64,000 nt of DNA. It comes from Octopus vulgaris. Its lineage: Eukaryota. Positions 26,069 to 44,838 of this stretch are shown piece after piece. Position 1 is the first letter of the stretch. Each line of letters opens with the position of its first letter. The stretch is taken from the NCBI GenBank assembly GCA_951406725.2, contig OX597814.1:200508001-200572000 (forward strand), written 5' to 3'. Position numbers and translations under genes: made by a program. Below the pieces are notes generated by a model. That model saw only the letters and a program-made list of their open reading frames with translations. It did not search any database and was not told where the DNA came from.

Positions 26069-27435
26069 GATAGATATATACACACACACATTTGAATTTA
26101 TATAAGAAAGGAAACAATTACCGAATGTATGAAGTAGACATTATATACTTTTTTTTTTTAAATTAAAGCTTAGACTTCCATGTACTGTTACTTACAAAGT
26201 CCATCTCAAAGAAATCAGATCAAAAAGGAAAAGAGGATAGCAACTATAGAAGAGAACTTTCATATATCTGATTAAATTTTAAGTAAAGCAATAAATTTGT
26301 TTTAAAACAAATTAAAATTTACTCAGATTTGGTTTGTTCGAAATAGTTCTCTCCAATGTGAAAAACGCTGCTTTTGATGTGGTTTTTTTTTTTTTTTTTT
26401 TCCGGGTTTTCAAAAACATCTTAAATATCAGTGTCTACTTCTCATTGCTAATTTTCTTTTATCTCTTCTATTGTCTGAAATCTGTGATATTTCAGAGTGG
26501 ATTTTAATTTTAAGAGGTAGAGGAGAAGTCTGAAGAGGTTAAATCCAAAGAGTAGAATGGCTGGAAGATGGGAAGTGTCACAGGATTTATCAAAAAGATT
26601 TAAAAAAAGTCACTTAAAAAGAGCGACATGCAAGTAGGATTTTTGTCATATGGGAGCATCCAGGTTTTGTGTATTCATGCCTCAGGTGTCTTTTTTCTTT
26701 GCATTGCTTCTTTTAAATACCTCAAGATATTCATGTATAATTCTTTAGTTATCTAACCACATGGAATAAATTCATGACGAGTATCAATTATGCAAATGTA
26801 TATGTATATAAAAGTGAACGCTTTCACATCTGAGTAACTATGGCTTTTAGGTTTTTATTTTAGTTGCAGCTGTAATGATCCAACCCTTTTCAGCAACTGC
26901 CTTTCTTTTGATATTATAGCCATAGATCAGCTCCAGAGTGAGGGTGTCTCCTTTATTTGCTCATCTGTCAACTGGCATAGCACAAATTTTGAAGTAACAT
27001 GACAAAATATAAACTATTTATTTCTTTTAAAACCATGAGATGCAAACTTGTAGAGATGACCACCTGTTTTGGAAACTTCATGTTCAGTCAGGGGAATGAT
27101 TTTCATACCTTACTGTATGGCCTTTCACAATGTGGTCATTAGCCATTGTCATGGAAGGCTATCTAGATCTGGGATTGTAATTAGTGCATGTGCAATATCA
27201 GAGCAACACATGCAATACAGGTTATGGGAGGAGAAGAAGTAAGCAAGTTGAAATGCCATCTCTATTCACTTGTTACACATTAGAACTGCCATAAAATTTT
27301 TTCTCAATTCGAAACAGAATTCCACATGAACACATTTCTTTTCCTCTTTTCCAAATTGCTTCATTATATAACTCATGCCAAAATGCACTAAACACACAAA
27401 CATACAGATACACACACATCTATATATTTATATGA

Positions 27436-27487
<52 letters not shown>

Positions 27488-27489
27488 CG

Positions 27490-28670
27490 TGATTGCTCCA
27501 GTTTCACAGATGATTGCTGTCTCTTTGTGCTTTCTGGTTGTCAATGGCATTTCCTCCTTGGCCTCCCATGGCATCATGTTGAAGAAGATTGCAAAAAGAG
27601 TCAGAGCCAGAACACAACCCTGATTCAGACTGTTCTAAATGGGTAAGGATTCTAATAGGTCACTGTTGTGCTTGATCTATCCTCATTGGCCTTTGTGTAG
27701 CTACTGAAGGAGAAAGAGGGGATTGGATGGACAACCACTCCACTCCAGGTTTCTCCACAATCAATTCCTATTGACCATATTGAATACCTTTGCCAGGTTG
27801 ATGACAGCAGCATAAAAAAGCTATGTTTCATTTTCTGCATTTCTCCTGTATCTGACAGAGGACAAAAATCATGTCTGTAGTGATTCAGTTGGCATAAAAA
27901 CCATACTGACTCTCTGGAAGGATGTTGTCAGCAATGGCAGCAATAAGTCTTTCCAGAAGAATGTGTGCCAGCAGTATCTTGACTGCAATTGAAACTGGTG
28001 TGATTCTTTTGTAGTTGGAGCACTGACTTCTCTCCTTTGTTCTGGTATAGAGACACTATTATGGAATGGCAAAGGTTGCTTAGTATTTTCCTTCTCTCCC
28101 AGCACAAAGTAAACTTCATGAAATCAGCTCCCACTCATCTGTCAGAAGACCATCCACACTAAAGTCCTTGTGATTACTTAGCTTAGCTACTGTTGTGTTG
28201 ATCTCACATATGGAGGGTGGGTTGCCTTTCACTGTGGTGTACTAGCACTGGATGCTGCTTACACAAATCGCATGTCTCCAAACCAACTTTTATACTGTTC
28301 AAACCAACAAAGCATGATATTGTTATTCTTTGTCAGCAGAGTTGAACCATCAGCAGAGTGCAAAGGGGTTTAAGTCTGGTAGGCATATATGGCACAATGT
28401 GTCTCATGGAGGGATCTAATGTCTTCCCATTCAGCATAATGTTGTTCTCTCCTAGCAAGTGCTACTCACCAGTTGTTCTGAATCTCCCACAATTTTCACT
28501 AGAGGATGCTGCAGGCAGACTTGGCTGAAGGCTATTGGGGTTGGTGAGCACCCCTTGATGACAAGTGTGCTTCTGTGGAGCAATTGTTGGATTTTGTCTT
28601 CATTTTCACCAAACCAGTCTTTGTTCTTTCCTACATGAAATCCACTACATCAGCTGCTGTTTTCTGTATC
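27490..28670 (-). pseudogene. Degenerate RTE-clade LINE reverse transcriptase fragment
   Basis: Minus-strand remnants DWFGENEDKIQQLL, KGEKS..SNYKRI, KILLAHIL, TTDMIFVLCQ, QEKCR and INLAKVFN, with many stops and frameshifts. Confidence 0.8.
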
Positions 28671-28949
28671 ATATATGGCGAGTATTATAAGAACTTCTAT
28701 TGGCTACTTTGATGTTTGAATGTTTACTGTCGAAACTTGACAAACATTTCATGCATATTTGTGCGTATGTACATGCATGTATTGGAAAATAGATATAAAA
28801 GTGATGAAATATGCATGTACATAATACTTATATCATTACCGTAACTTTAACAGCTGTTTCTCCACATTATCATGTATCAGACAAACTTGTTGAGGCAGAT
28901 TTTCCTATAGTTAGGTAGTCTTCCTGTTGTCAAACTGATTTTCATTTCC

Positions 28950-29049
28950 NNNNNNNNNNNNNNNNNNNNNNNNNNNNNNNNNNNNNNNNNNNNNNNNNNN
29001 NNNNNNNNNNNNNNNNNNNNNNNNNNNNNNNNNNNNNNNNNNNNNNNNN
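28950..29049. other. Assembly gap (100 N)
   Basis: Directly visible. Confidence 1.
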
Positions 29050-29094
29050 CATATATTTACGAGTGACTGTAATTTCTCTCAGGAACTCTCATAC

Positions 29095-30339
29095 TTTAGA
29101 AAGTGTCAGCTTCCTAAACATTACAAGATCTTTTCTACACAAAGTTTTGATAGAACTGGAAGCCTAGTGGGATTGTTTCAACTGTATAAAATAGAAAGAT
29201 ACAATCTGAATGTTCAGACACAATCAGGACTACAATTATCTAACATCTTCCAGGAATTTATTACAGATGATCCTAGTGAAAATCAATGAGGACCATTACC
29301 CCAAAATTTCAGTAGACTATCAGAACAGCAGTGTACAAGAACATTCCATATGTTGTATATACTGAGGAAAGGCCAATGTTTGCAAATCCAAGTAGTTACT
29401 TAACAAGATTAGAAATCCTCATGTTCTCCAATGAGAAAAACTTTGACCAGGACCAAAAATCTAACAAAAGAAATGACAGATGTTATTTTGCATATTCTTC
29501 TGATGTCCTCAGAATGATGCAGGCTAAATTTCTAACAACTGTAATGGTTTTAAGAGTGTTGAGTAATGAACGTTGATGTTATCACCTCACATTTTTCCAC
29601 ATTTTCTTAGAATTACTGCTGCTGGATGTATAGAAGTGTTAAAAACAGTTTTGTAAAATCCTGGATGGTTGAAGTATGCAGTCGAAGGCCATAAGTTTCG
29701 ACAAAACTCAGCACTTTCTCACAAAGGCCATGTAACCCAAGAATGCATGTCAGATAATCTTAACAATTACCAGCAGTATCGCCCGGCGTTGCTCAGGTTT
29801 GTAAGGGAAATAACTATAAAGCATTTTTAGAGAGTTATAGCAAAAAAATAGCAAAAAAAATGGAAAAAAATGATGGTAAATTTTTTTGAGAGTTAAAAAA
29901 GGTCGAGTTGCGTCCCCTAGACAGTCTGTGGTTTGTGTTTCTGATTCTCGACCCCATGTCGAATTTATCGATTTTTTTCAGAACTGGGGGAACTTTTCAA
30001 AATTTTCGCTGCGTTAGTTTTGAATTATGACATTGGGCTATGTGTGTGTCAAGTTTCATCAGAATCGGTTGAAAGCCGTGGTCAGGGTGAGGGTACAACC
30101 AAACAGACACACAGAAACACACACAGACAAACTGCCGTTTATATAGAGAGAGATAACACCAAACATCTGATATATATATATATAAATATATAGGATATAT
30201 ATATATATATATATATTCAGCATTGAAGTTCAATGCTGAATATATAATATAAAGAAAGCTTATCAAAAATATATATATAACACATTATATATATATATTT
30301 TATATATAAATATGTCCTCAAATATATATACCATTTATC

Positions 30340-30345
<6 letters not shown>
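29095..30345 (+). mobile_element. Inverted duplicate of the maT-like element at 34925-36100
   Basis: Reverse complement of about 34905-35945; ORF 29331 is nearly the same as ORF 35466. Confidence 0.85.
29769..30154. mobile_element. Non-autonomous Helitron/Helentron-like insert
   Basis: Ends ac(c/t)agcagtatcgcccggcgttgctc and acagacaaactgccgtttatatagagagat, with an (acag)-like microsatellite; no TSD; interrupts the transposase; shorter version at 35161-35268. Confidence 0.65.
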
Positions 30346-34900
<4,555 letters not shown>

Positions 34901-34924
34901 TATATATATATATATATACATAGA

Positions 34925-36100
34925 TAAATGGTGCAAGAGGTATTTGAGGACATATTTAGTCATGTAATAAAATATGACTAATCTAGCAAAATGTATTTGA
35001 ATAAAAATTTATGCATATTTTTGATAAGCTTTTCTTTTATAGGATTATTCTATGATTCAGCATTGAACTTCAATGCTGGACCAGAATCACTGATATACCT
35101 GCACTAAAAGGTCCTTATCCATTTAAGACATCACCTGGATGATCAGATGTTTGGTGTTAAATATCATTTTTTTTCCATTTTTTTGCTATTTTTTTGCTAT
35201 AACTCTCTAAAAATGCTTTATAGTTATTTCCCTTACAAACCTGAGCAACGCCGGGCGATACTGCTAGTAATTGTTAAGATTATCTGACATGCATTCTTGG
35301 GTTACATGGCCTTTGTGAGAAAGTGCTGAGTTTTGTCGAAACTTATATGGCCTTCGACTGCATACTTCAACCATCCAGGATTTTAACAAAACTGTTTCCA
35401 ACACCTCTATACATCCAGCAGCAGTAATTCTAAGAAAATGTGGAAAAATGTGAGGTAGTATAACATCAACGTTCATTACTCAACACTCTTAAAACCATTA
35501 CAGTTGTTAGAAATTTAGCCTGCATCATTCTGAGGACATCAGAAGAATATGCAAATAACCACCTGTCATTTCTTTTGTTAGATTTTTGGTCCTGGTCAAA
35601 GTTTTTCTCATTGGAGAACATGAGGATTACTAATCTTAAGTAACCACTTGGATTTGCAAACATTGGCCTTTCCTCAGTATATACAACTTATATGGAATGT
35701 TCTTGTACACTGCTGTTCTGATAGTCTACTGAAATTTTGGGTAATGGTCCTCATTGATTTTCCTAGGATCATCTGTAATGTTCTGAAGATGTTGAATAAA
35801 TTGTGGTGTCCTGATTGTGTCTGAACATTCAGATTGTATCTTTCTATTTTATACAGTTGAAACAATCCCACTAGAGGCTTCCAGTTCTATCAAAACTTTG
35901 TGTAGAAAAGATCTTGTAATGTTTAGGAAGCTGACACTTTCTAAATTGCTAGGTTCCACATATATGGCAACAATGACTACATGTCTTTACTCTTTTTGTA
36001 AAGAAATGTTGCGGGGGAGCTGAAAAAAATAAACTTTTAATCAGTCTGAAGAGTAATATACTGATAATTAAGTGTCCTCAAATATCCCTCACACCTTCAG
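34925..36100 (-). pseudogene. Decayed maT-like (DD37D-type) Tc1/mariner element
   Basis: FSNEKNFDQDQK..RNDRW, KFLTTVMV, RRPYKFRQNSA.SHK; degenerate TIRs ggtgcaagaggtatttgaggaca and tgtcctcaaatatccctcacacc. Confidence 0.75.
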
Positions 36101-36474
36101 TGTGTATACCCTTGTTTTGATATCATATGATGGTTGTAGATGATATATACAATTATACAAGTGATAGTTATTCCCATTCTTCTGTGAAAAAGATGTCTGC
36201 CCAAAGAGATGATCTACCTCAACAAATTTGTCTGATCCATGCAAGCACGGAAAAGTGGATACTGTGATGGTGGTATATGTTTTTCAGTGTAAACTAGTGT
36301 CATGGTCATTTATGTTAAAGGTAACTTAGCAATTCAAAAAACAGATATCCATAAAATAAGTATTCATCTGAAATAAGAGCTAGGTTAGTGAACAATCAAT
36401 TAAGTTCTTGTATGCCCCATCATTGCTACATTCCAATGACTAAAACAAATTTAAAATATAAGAATTAAATAAAC

Positions 36475-36663
36475 AGAGGCACAGGAGTGGCTGTGTGGTA
36501 AGTATAGGTGCAGGAGTGGTTGTGTGGTAAGTAGATTGCTTACCAACCACATAGTTCCAGGTTCAGTCCCACTGCATGGCACCTTGGGCAAGTGTTTACT
36601 GTAGCCTCAGGTCGAACAAAGCCTTGCGAGTGGATTTGGTAGATGGAAACAAAGAAGCCAGTC

Positions 36664-36723
<60 letters not shown>

Positions 36724-36935
36724 ATGTGTGTATGTATGTCTGTGTTTGTCCCCCAACATCGCTTGACAACTGATGCTGGTGTGTTTACATCCCCATAACT
36801 TAGTGGCTTGGCAAAAGATACCGATGGAATAAGTACTAAGCTTACAAAGATTAAGTCCTGGGGTCGATTTGTTTGACTAAAGGCGGTGCTCCAGCATGGC
36901 CGCAGTGAAATAACTAAAACAAGTAAAAGAGTAAA
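36475..36935 (+). mobile_element. Bipartite tRNA/CORE-like SINE with a duplicated 5' head
   Basis: caggagtggctgtgtggtaagta occurs twice (36482 and 36511); the body matches 6455. Confidence 0.9.
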
Positions 36936-37679
36936 CAGGTGCATTGCAACAGAGTCTCAGCAACCATTTAAAATATCAGTACACTATTTCTTTCATTTCC
37001 TCCAATAATATCTCCCAATATTATATTGTGTTAGGAATCGCATGTTTTGTAACAACCTGGTTACTAACACTATTTGACTGTTACAAGTTAGTTGTTGGCT
37101 GACAGCTTACTTTACTCTTTCTTCCTTATTCACAACCACTATATCACTTCACAATATTTCAAAATTTCAATCTCCAATATTTCTTTCTAGAATGTTGTGT
37201 GTGTGTGTGTGTGTGTGTGTGTCTGTACTTGTGCGTGTGCACACACATGCACGGTGTTGTGATCAACAATTTTTTTTCTTCTTTCCTGTTTAAATTTTTA
37301 TCTTTCATTTATGTATTCTTTTTACATTTTCATTTTGTTATTATGTCTAGTATTGGTTGAATCATTAGCTGTATTCTACATTCTGTCACACTACACTTTC
37401 ACACACAATACCAGCTGAAAAATTTTTATGGTTTTTGGCTGTAGTCCATGGCTTTGCTTATACATTGCCTGCACTTCCTTTTTTATGTGTTTTTTTCTAA
37501 AGTGAAACTTGGCTTGGTCATTTCATGTCAAATTTTCTGATGCTTATACTGTTCATTAATGGATGTTACCTACCGTTTTATGACTTTCATAGTGTAAATA
37601 TTTACTTCTTTACAAATTATTTACTTATACAATCATATTTCAACAACTACACACCCACATAATTTTGTCTGTTCTTTCA

Positions 37680-38152
37680 CATCATCATCATTTAACGTCC
37701 ATTGTCCAAGCCGGCATGGGTTGGACGGTTTGACCGAGCAGGCACGCTGGAAGGCTGCGCCAGACTCCAGTCTGATTTGGCATTGTTTTCTATGGCTGGA
37801 TGCCTTTCCTAATGCCAACCACTCAGAGTGTAATGGGTGCTTTTACATGTCATTGGCATGGGTGCCATTTGCATGACACCAGTATTTGCCTCAACTATGA
37901 TTTTGCTCAGTTTGATGGGTCTCCTTCTGAAGCACAGCATAAAGACAAAGCTCTCGGTCATTGCCTGCATGAGGCCCAACACTCAAAAGGAACTCAGCTT
38001 TTTTGCCCTCTATGAGGCCCAATGCTTGAAAGGTAATCAGCCATTTTGCCTCTGTGAAGCCCAACACTCAAAAGAAATTCAGCCTCTTCACCTGCATGAG
38101 GCCCAATGCTTGAAAGATACTCAGCTATTTTGCCTTCATGAGACCCAACACA
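37680..38152 (-). mobile_element. RTE 3'UTR with about five 41-43-bp tandem subrepeats
   Basis: gaggcccaa(c/t)(a/g)ct..aaagg..ctcagc units at 37971-38150. Confidence 0.8.
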
Positions 38153-38374
38153 CCTGCTTGATTTTATGAAATTTATTCAATGCTAGCATGGGTTAGACAT
38201 TAAATGATGCCTTGTTTTATAGTCAGATGCCCTTCCTATCGCTGGCTTTTACCTGTTTTTTAAGTAAACTATCTCCTTTTTTAGTCATCTTTGAAGATGC
38301 AAAGCTAGCACATGATTTATTAACTGAAGAAATAATGCTATTACTGCTTGCAGTTTGCAATTTTCAAAGTAGCA

Positions 38375-38790
38375 ACAATATTCTTTTCCACTCTAGGAAC
38401 AAGGCCCAAAATTTTTGGTGAGGGAGCCAGTTGATTAGATCAACCCCAAAAGGATGAAAGACAAAGTCAACATCAGCAGAATTTGAACTCAGAACGTAAA
38501 GATAGATGAAATATCGCTAAGCATTTCATGCAGCATGCTAACATTTCTGCCAGCTCGCCACCTTAGAGTAGCAAAAATATTAACACACACATGGGCAGAC
38601 ATATATACACAATTAACAGTGATAATAATAAAGGTAACGATCCTTCCCAAGTCCTATAGTTTCATAGGGCCAGTTTCCCAGTTTCTATGGTGCATATATT
38701 TTCCCCTGGACAGGACACCAGTCCATCGCATGATTACTCATTTTTGCTAGTTGAGTAGACTAGAGCATCATAAAATTAAGTATATTATTC
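38375..38790 (-). mobile_element. Two SINEs: gtcgactttgcc family at 38375-38565 and a CORE-type tail fragment at 38635-38790
   Basis: Similarity to 61786-62000 and to 14340-14400. Confidence 0.7.
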
Positions 38791-40527
38791 AAAAGCACAA
38801 TTCCATTTGTTATGAAAATGATGCTGCACCAACAAATGTATGACAAACATTGATTTACTATGATAATGGTTCAATTAGTAATTATAAATAATATGGTGCA
38901 AAGGCATTAGTTGTTAGCAAAGAAAAAAAACAAAGAAAAATCTAGCTCACCATATTATAGAAAACATGATGAGAACCATCCCACAGTATATGTATTTGAT
39001 ATTATGACTATATTGTATATAATACCTATAAAAGTTAATGCTAACAACTACTAAAAGCAGTTGAGTAGATGTTAAATGTACTAATTTAGCAAGCAGTATA
39101 TTTAAAACAAACAGCAAGAGTGTGTCTCAACCAAGAGGTGTTAGAGCTGCCTTACATGTGTATATTCATTGAAGAATAGATCTGTATTGTTATTATTATA
39201 TACTAATAAATTCATATCAATGGACCTTTTAAGTGTACCCTAATGATTTATACACCAAGATTTTGTAATTTACCATGTTTGTTCAGAGCATGCTAGTAAG
39301 GTATAGATGAAGGTTTACTTTTAACATAATAGTTCTATAAACACAAGCAAGGCTATGTGGTTGAGAAGGTTGTTTTCAGTCCGACCATACAGGATTTTTG
39401 GCAAGTGTCTTCTTTGACAAACCTGGTTTGACCAAAGCCTTGTGTGTGGATTTGGTAAATATGAACTGAAAGAAGCTTGCCATACCTAACACACATGTGT
39501 GTATATGTGTGTGCATGTGTGTGTCTATACGACATTGTCTTGATATCATGTGATGGTTGCAAACAAGCATCAACTCACAAGCTGTGTTGTTTATTTCCAA
39601 TCTTCCATGAAAATGTGTCCAGCCTTGGGGAAAAGATATGGTTTTACAGCAGGAAGGGTATCTGACCATAGAAAAGCTGCCTCAACAAATTCTGTTTGAT
39701 CCTTGCAAGCATAAAAGTGCATTAAAAAGCGATGATAATGATTGTTCTTATACTAATTAGACCTCACTTATCACAACGAAATGAGAGGGTAGTAGTTTGT
39801 TCAGACAACTGACTTGATTGAAAACAAAGGATGTCATGCTGATTATGATTACATTAAAATAACCTTGTTAACAGAGTTTTTTATATCCTTCATATTTCAT
39901 GACATTCTACAAATTAAATCATATAAATAACATCATGCCAATATCATATAGAGAGATTTGCGGTTGAAAATTCAAAGAAGCATGAGGCAAATACACAAAT
40001 GTACAATTATATGAATGCAGAGACAGGAAGTTCATTGAGTACATAAAAGACATTAAAATCATGTAAATACAATTCATTGAGCTAACAGAGGCTATTCATT
40101 GTTTTTTTAATAAAATAACCAGTCACAGTTGCTTGAGGTGCTTGTGTCACTTGGCTTCTTGTCAGAGAGAGAGCATCTGACAAAGATGCATCACCTTAAT
40201 GACATGGGCTTCATGTACTTCTTGCTACTTCATGAAAGAAAAATTTGTAGAAGTCCCACAATGTGGAGTGGTTGCTGCAGCAGCAAATGTCACTGGCCAT
40301 TCTCCATGGCAATGCTTTTGCAATCATGTTCACAGGGCACAGCTAAACACAGCATTTGCTCTGCCCCACCTTCTGCTGCTGCTTAACCCCTTCTTTTTTG
40401 TGCTGCTTAATCCCCTTGTCTTACTTTTTCTTTGTTCCCTTGTGAGGTAGTTATGGGTTTTTATCTCAATAATTTGATCTCTTATACTTTTAATGTTTCC
40501 TTTCTTGTCTTCCTATAAAAATCTTCG

Positions 40528-40845
40528 TCACCATCATCATCGTTTAATGCCTGCTTTCCATGGTGGCATGGGTTGGATGGTTTGACAGAGGACTATCAAG
40601 CCAGGGAGCTGCACCAGGCTCTAATCCGATCTGGCAATGTATCTATAGCTGGATGTCCTTCCTAATGCCCACTACTCCGAGAGTGCAGTGGGTGCTTTTT
40701 ACATGCCACCGGCATGGGGGCCAGTCAAGTGATACTGGCATCAACCATACTCGAATGGTGCTTTTTACATGCCACCAGGATGGGAGCCAGTCAGGCAGCA
40801 CTGGCATCAACCACACTTGAATGGTGCTTTTTATGTGCCACCGGC
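40528..40845 (-). mobile_element. RTE 3'UTR-derived repeat
   Basis: catcatcatcgtttaa... with three gtgctttttacatgccacc subrepeats. Confidence 0.85.
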
Positions 40846-41950
40846 AGGGGAAAATATATTAATAAAAAAAAAGTCCGATTCAAAAACATAATATTACTTG
40901 GACATTGTAGAAATATGATATCGACAATATTCATTGATATTTTACTGTTTTATCAACTCAATTAAACAATGTTCAAAAGTAAAAACGAAAACACTGATAG
41001 TTTCATCAATGGGGACTGAAGGAGGGAGATGCCAATATCTGAGTTCCCTTAGCATCCATGTTACCCATATCTTCCCGTATTTTGACTTCCATTTTAATGC
41101 ATGTGAAATGTAACTTTGGCAGATAAATTTCTTTATCATTGGTCTTTATATACTGGGAACAAATTGCCTTTCTAATGTTAGAATTGAAATTTTGAAAACT
41201 TTGGTTCCTTCTCACAACAATTCAAATACCACAGAATTCTGCTTTCTTTTTCTTTATCAATCAATCGTCAATAGTGATTGCTTTGTAAGATTATTTAACA
41301 CTATTGAAAGTGACTGACTGAGACCAAGCTAGTGGATCAATGAACACGTGGTGTTTTTGTTCAGTACAAACAAAAGACACAATCATTGCACCAGTGTTGG
41401 TAACACCTCATTGATGTAATAATGTTTTTACATATTCTTCAGTAATTTACTTTTAATTACTATAAATAAAAGATGAAGGTAGTTACACTAGTATTTTCTT
41501 TGAGTTCAGCTTACACAGACACAAACTGGTTAATTAAATATTCACAGAACCGAGAGAGTTGGTATAATTGATATTCAGATGACTGAGACTTGGCTTTACT
41601 CTATAACCTGTTGTCACTAATTTGAGCTGCCTCTTCAGTGCATCTTTCAGTGAAGATTGCACAAAATACTTTAATACATCTCACAATATATATTATACTT
41701 CTTGTGCTCAAAATACACGGGGTACAAATAGCAAATTTGATAGATTTGTTTTTCACACAGTCACAGACTAGAAATATTGCATCATTAAAAGTCAACACAT
41801 ACCATTTACATATCTTAGTTACCATATTGCTTATTGACTAATGCAAAACTAGTAGCAGAATACTGGCCATACAACATTCTTTAGGCTGTTTTTAATAATT
41901 TCTTAGTTCTTAGGATACTTTGGTTTTATCGTTTTGTGTAACTATATATT

Positions 41951-42630
41951 TCATCATCATCATTTAACTTCTGTTGCCCATGCTGACATAGGTTGGACAG
42001 TTTGACCGGGATGGCATGCTGGAAAGCTGCACTAGACTCCAGTTTGATTTGGCATGGCTTTCTATGGCTGGATGCACTCTTTAACGCCAACCACTCAGAG
42101 TGTAATGAGTGCTTTTATGTGCCACCAGCACAGATGCTAATTTGCGTGACACTGGTATCTGCCACCACTGTGATTTTGCTTGGCTTGATGGGTCATCTTC
42201 TCAAGTATGACATAATGCCTCCCTGAAGCCCAACACTCAAAAGGAACTCAGCCATTTTGCCTCCATGAGGCCCAACACTTGAAAAGAACTCGACCACTTT
42301 GCCTCTGTGAGGCCCAATGCTCAAAAGGTGTTCTTTATGTGCCACCAGCACAGGTGCACTTCGCTTGGCGTGTCCTCTCAAGCGCAGCACATCACCAAAG
42401 TCTAGGTCATTAGTCATTGCCTCTGTGAGGCTCAAAGTTCAAAGATCATGCTTCAGCACCTCATTCCTTGTCTTTCTGGGTCTACCTTTGCCATAGGTTT
42501 CCTCTACAATTAGAGATCGGCACTTCTTTACACAACTGTCCTCATCCATACACCACACATAACCATACCAGCGCAGTCATCTCTTTTGCACACCCCATTT
42601 GATGCCTCTTATGCTTAACTTTTCTCTATT
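41951..42630 (-). mobile_element. 5'-truncated RTE LINE: ORF C-terminus, 3'UTR and (ATG)n tail
   Basis: Minus strand EKLSIRGIK...LRWYGYV..MDEDSCVKKC...GKGRPRKT.NEVLKHDL runs into the tail shared by the many short copies. Confidence 0.85.
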
Positions 42631-43631
42631 TGCATGGAGAAAAGGAGTTGCTTGAATTTGCAAATCATGGAGTTGATACAGACATAATATATCTCTCATT
42701 ACTTTTAAGAATTATACCAGTGATATGTTGATTTTGTTACTTTAAGATATAGCAGGGCTATTTAGTTTAGCTTCAAGTTAGCCATAGATTTCATGAAATG
42801 TAAATGGTAGCTTACATGGTTTGAAATATATACCATCAACATTTAATGTCCATGTTCCATGCTGGCATTAGTGGGACAGCCCAAAGAGTGCATGGGGCCC
42901 TAGAGTATGCTTTGACATGGTTTCTGCAGCTGGAAGTTCTTCCTAATACCAACTAATTTGCAGCATGTACTGGTACTAGGTGCTTTCTTTTTGTGCCACC
43001 AACATTACTAAAGTTGCTATGCTGCCTGCAAGACTACCAATCACAAGGGAGGTGAGGAATAACTTAATGCTAGGATATGAGGAGTAGAGAGCTGTAAAGT
43101 ATTAAAGAAAAGAGCTGGAGGAGCATGGGTTTCTTGCTGTAGAGGAGCTATACGACTACTCACATCTTAGAAGAAAGGGTGGGAGCGATCAGGTAAAGGT
43201 GGAAAGAGATAAGGTGTCAGGACAGACCTTCCAGGTATGAGGTGGGTTGAAATGAGAGAGGTAGTAGAACCAGAAGTGAGTGAGAGATAGAGGACGTCTG
43301 ACAGTGTGGGGCAACAGGATAGAATGGCTGATAAACAGGCCGAGAGACATGACATGCTGCTAAGTAGGTTGCAGAAGTGGATGGGGAAGGGAGGGACATG
43401 TATAGTGTATAAGGAAGGTGAGATGGATGACTGTGAAGATAATTTAGTAGCACAGTGGGGGTGGGTCATCAATGAAAATGTGGGTGAAGCTGTTGTTGAG
43501 GTGTCTAGAATTATGGTGAATGGAAATTTACACTCCTGTGAGTGGTAACAATCATGTATTGAATATTGTAGAGTTATAATCAGCATCCTGATTACCATTG
43601 TGTAGAATTATTTTGACAAGGTTATCAATAT

Positions 43632-43929
43632 CACGTGATCATGTGACCGACCAGACCGTCAGATGTTGTTACACATCGCTGCTCACAATGCGTTCGCATT
43701 GTTTTAGCCTTCGAATGACGCCACCCCACTGGCTAAGCGAGCAGGCCAACAGAAGAAAGAGTGGGAGAAAGAGTGGTGAAGAATACATCAGGGATCACCA
43801 CCCCCTGCCGGAGCCTCGTGGAGCTTTTAGGTGTTTTCGCTCAATAAACACTCACAACGCCCGGTCTGGGAATCGAAACCGCGATCCTGCGACCGCGAGT
43901 CCGCTGCCCTAACCACTAGGCCATTGCCT
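43632..43929 (-). mobile_element. Young tRNA(Arg)-like SINE with the 20665 head but a different tail
   Basis: 13-bp TSD aggttatcaatat at 43619-43631 and 43930-43942. Confidence 0.9.
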
Positions 43930-44653
43930 AGGTTATCAATATAATGAGAGTAAAATATCAAAGTATCACCTGAGACTACTATTCCAGTATGAAAATATGA
44001 TGATGTATCTAGTAATCCTAACTTTGAATGTTTTAACCTCTTCCTGTTCGATCAGTTCAGTTTTTTTTTATAATTTGAAGACATGATTCTTCAGTGTGAT
44101 TTTGAGGCTGATAAAAACTGCTTGTGCAGTCATGATTCTTATGTTAAGACTGACAATCAGTAGTAGGCTAGATAGCTTTAGTCTATCCTAACTAATAATT
44201 TAACAGCATAAATGATGGCGGGTGGTCAACATGGTTTTGACTTTTGCCTGATAAAACACAACTATATTCAAAATTATGTAAAAAAACTTTTTCCAGGAAT
44301 TACCTATTTATATTTATCGCTTCCAGTACCAAGACTTACTTCAACAAAAAATAATCTATTTTCCAATAAACAGTTAGCTGTAATATTTCAATCTAGCCTT
44401 ACTGTCACCATTGTTCAACTGATACTGTTTTATCAATAATGAAAAGAAAATAGGGTGGTGAATTGGTAGAATTGTTAATATCTGACAAAATACTTTGTAG
44501 TGTTCGTTCTGGTTTGTGACATTTTAATTTCAAATCCTGCTGAGGTGGAGTTTGTTTTTATCTTTCCAAGCAGGGCTGGATTAAGACCCATAGAGACCTA
44601 AATACTTGAAAGATTTGGGTGCCCCCATAAATATTTAATTCAAAATATAAATG

Positions 44654-44838
44654 CATGCCGGTGGCACGTAAAAGGCACCCACTACACTCACGGAGTGGTT
44701 GGCTTTAGGAAGGGCATCCAGCTGTAGAAACACTGCCAGATCAGACTGGGCTGGGTGCAGCTTCCTGGCTTCCCAGACCCCAGTCGAACCGTCCAACCCA
44801 TGCTAGCATGGAAAGCGGACGTTAAACGATGATGATGA
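44654..44838 (+). mobile_element. Young RTE 3' tail insertion
   Basis: CpG-intact copy ending gttaaacgatgatgatga. Confidence 0.9.
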
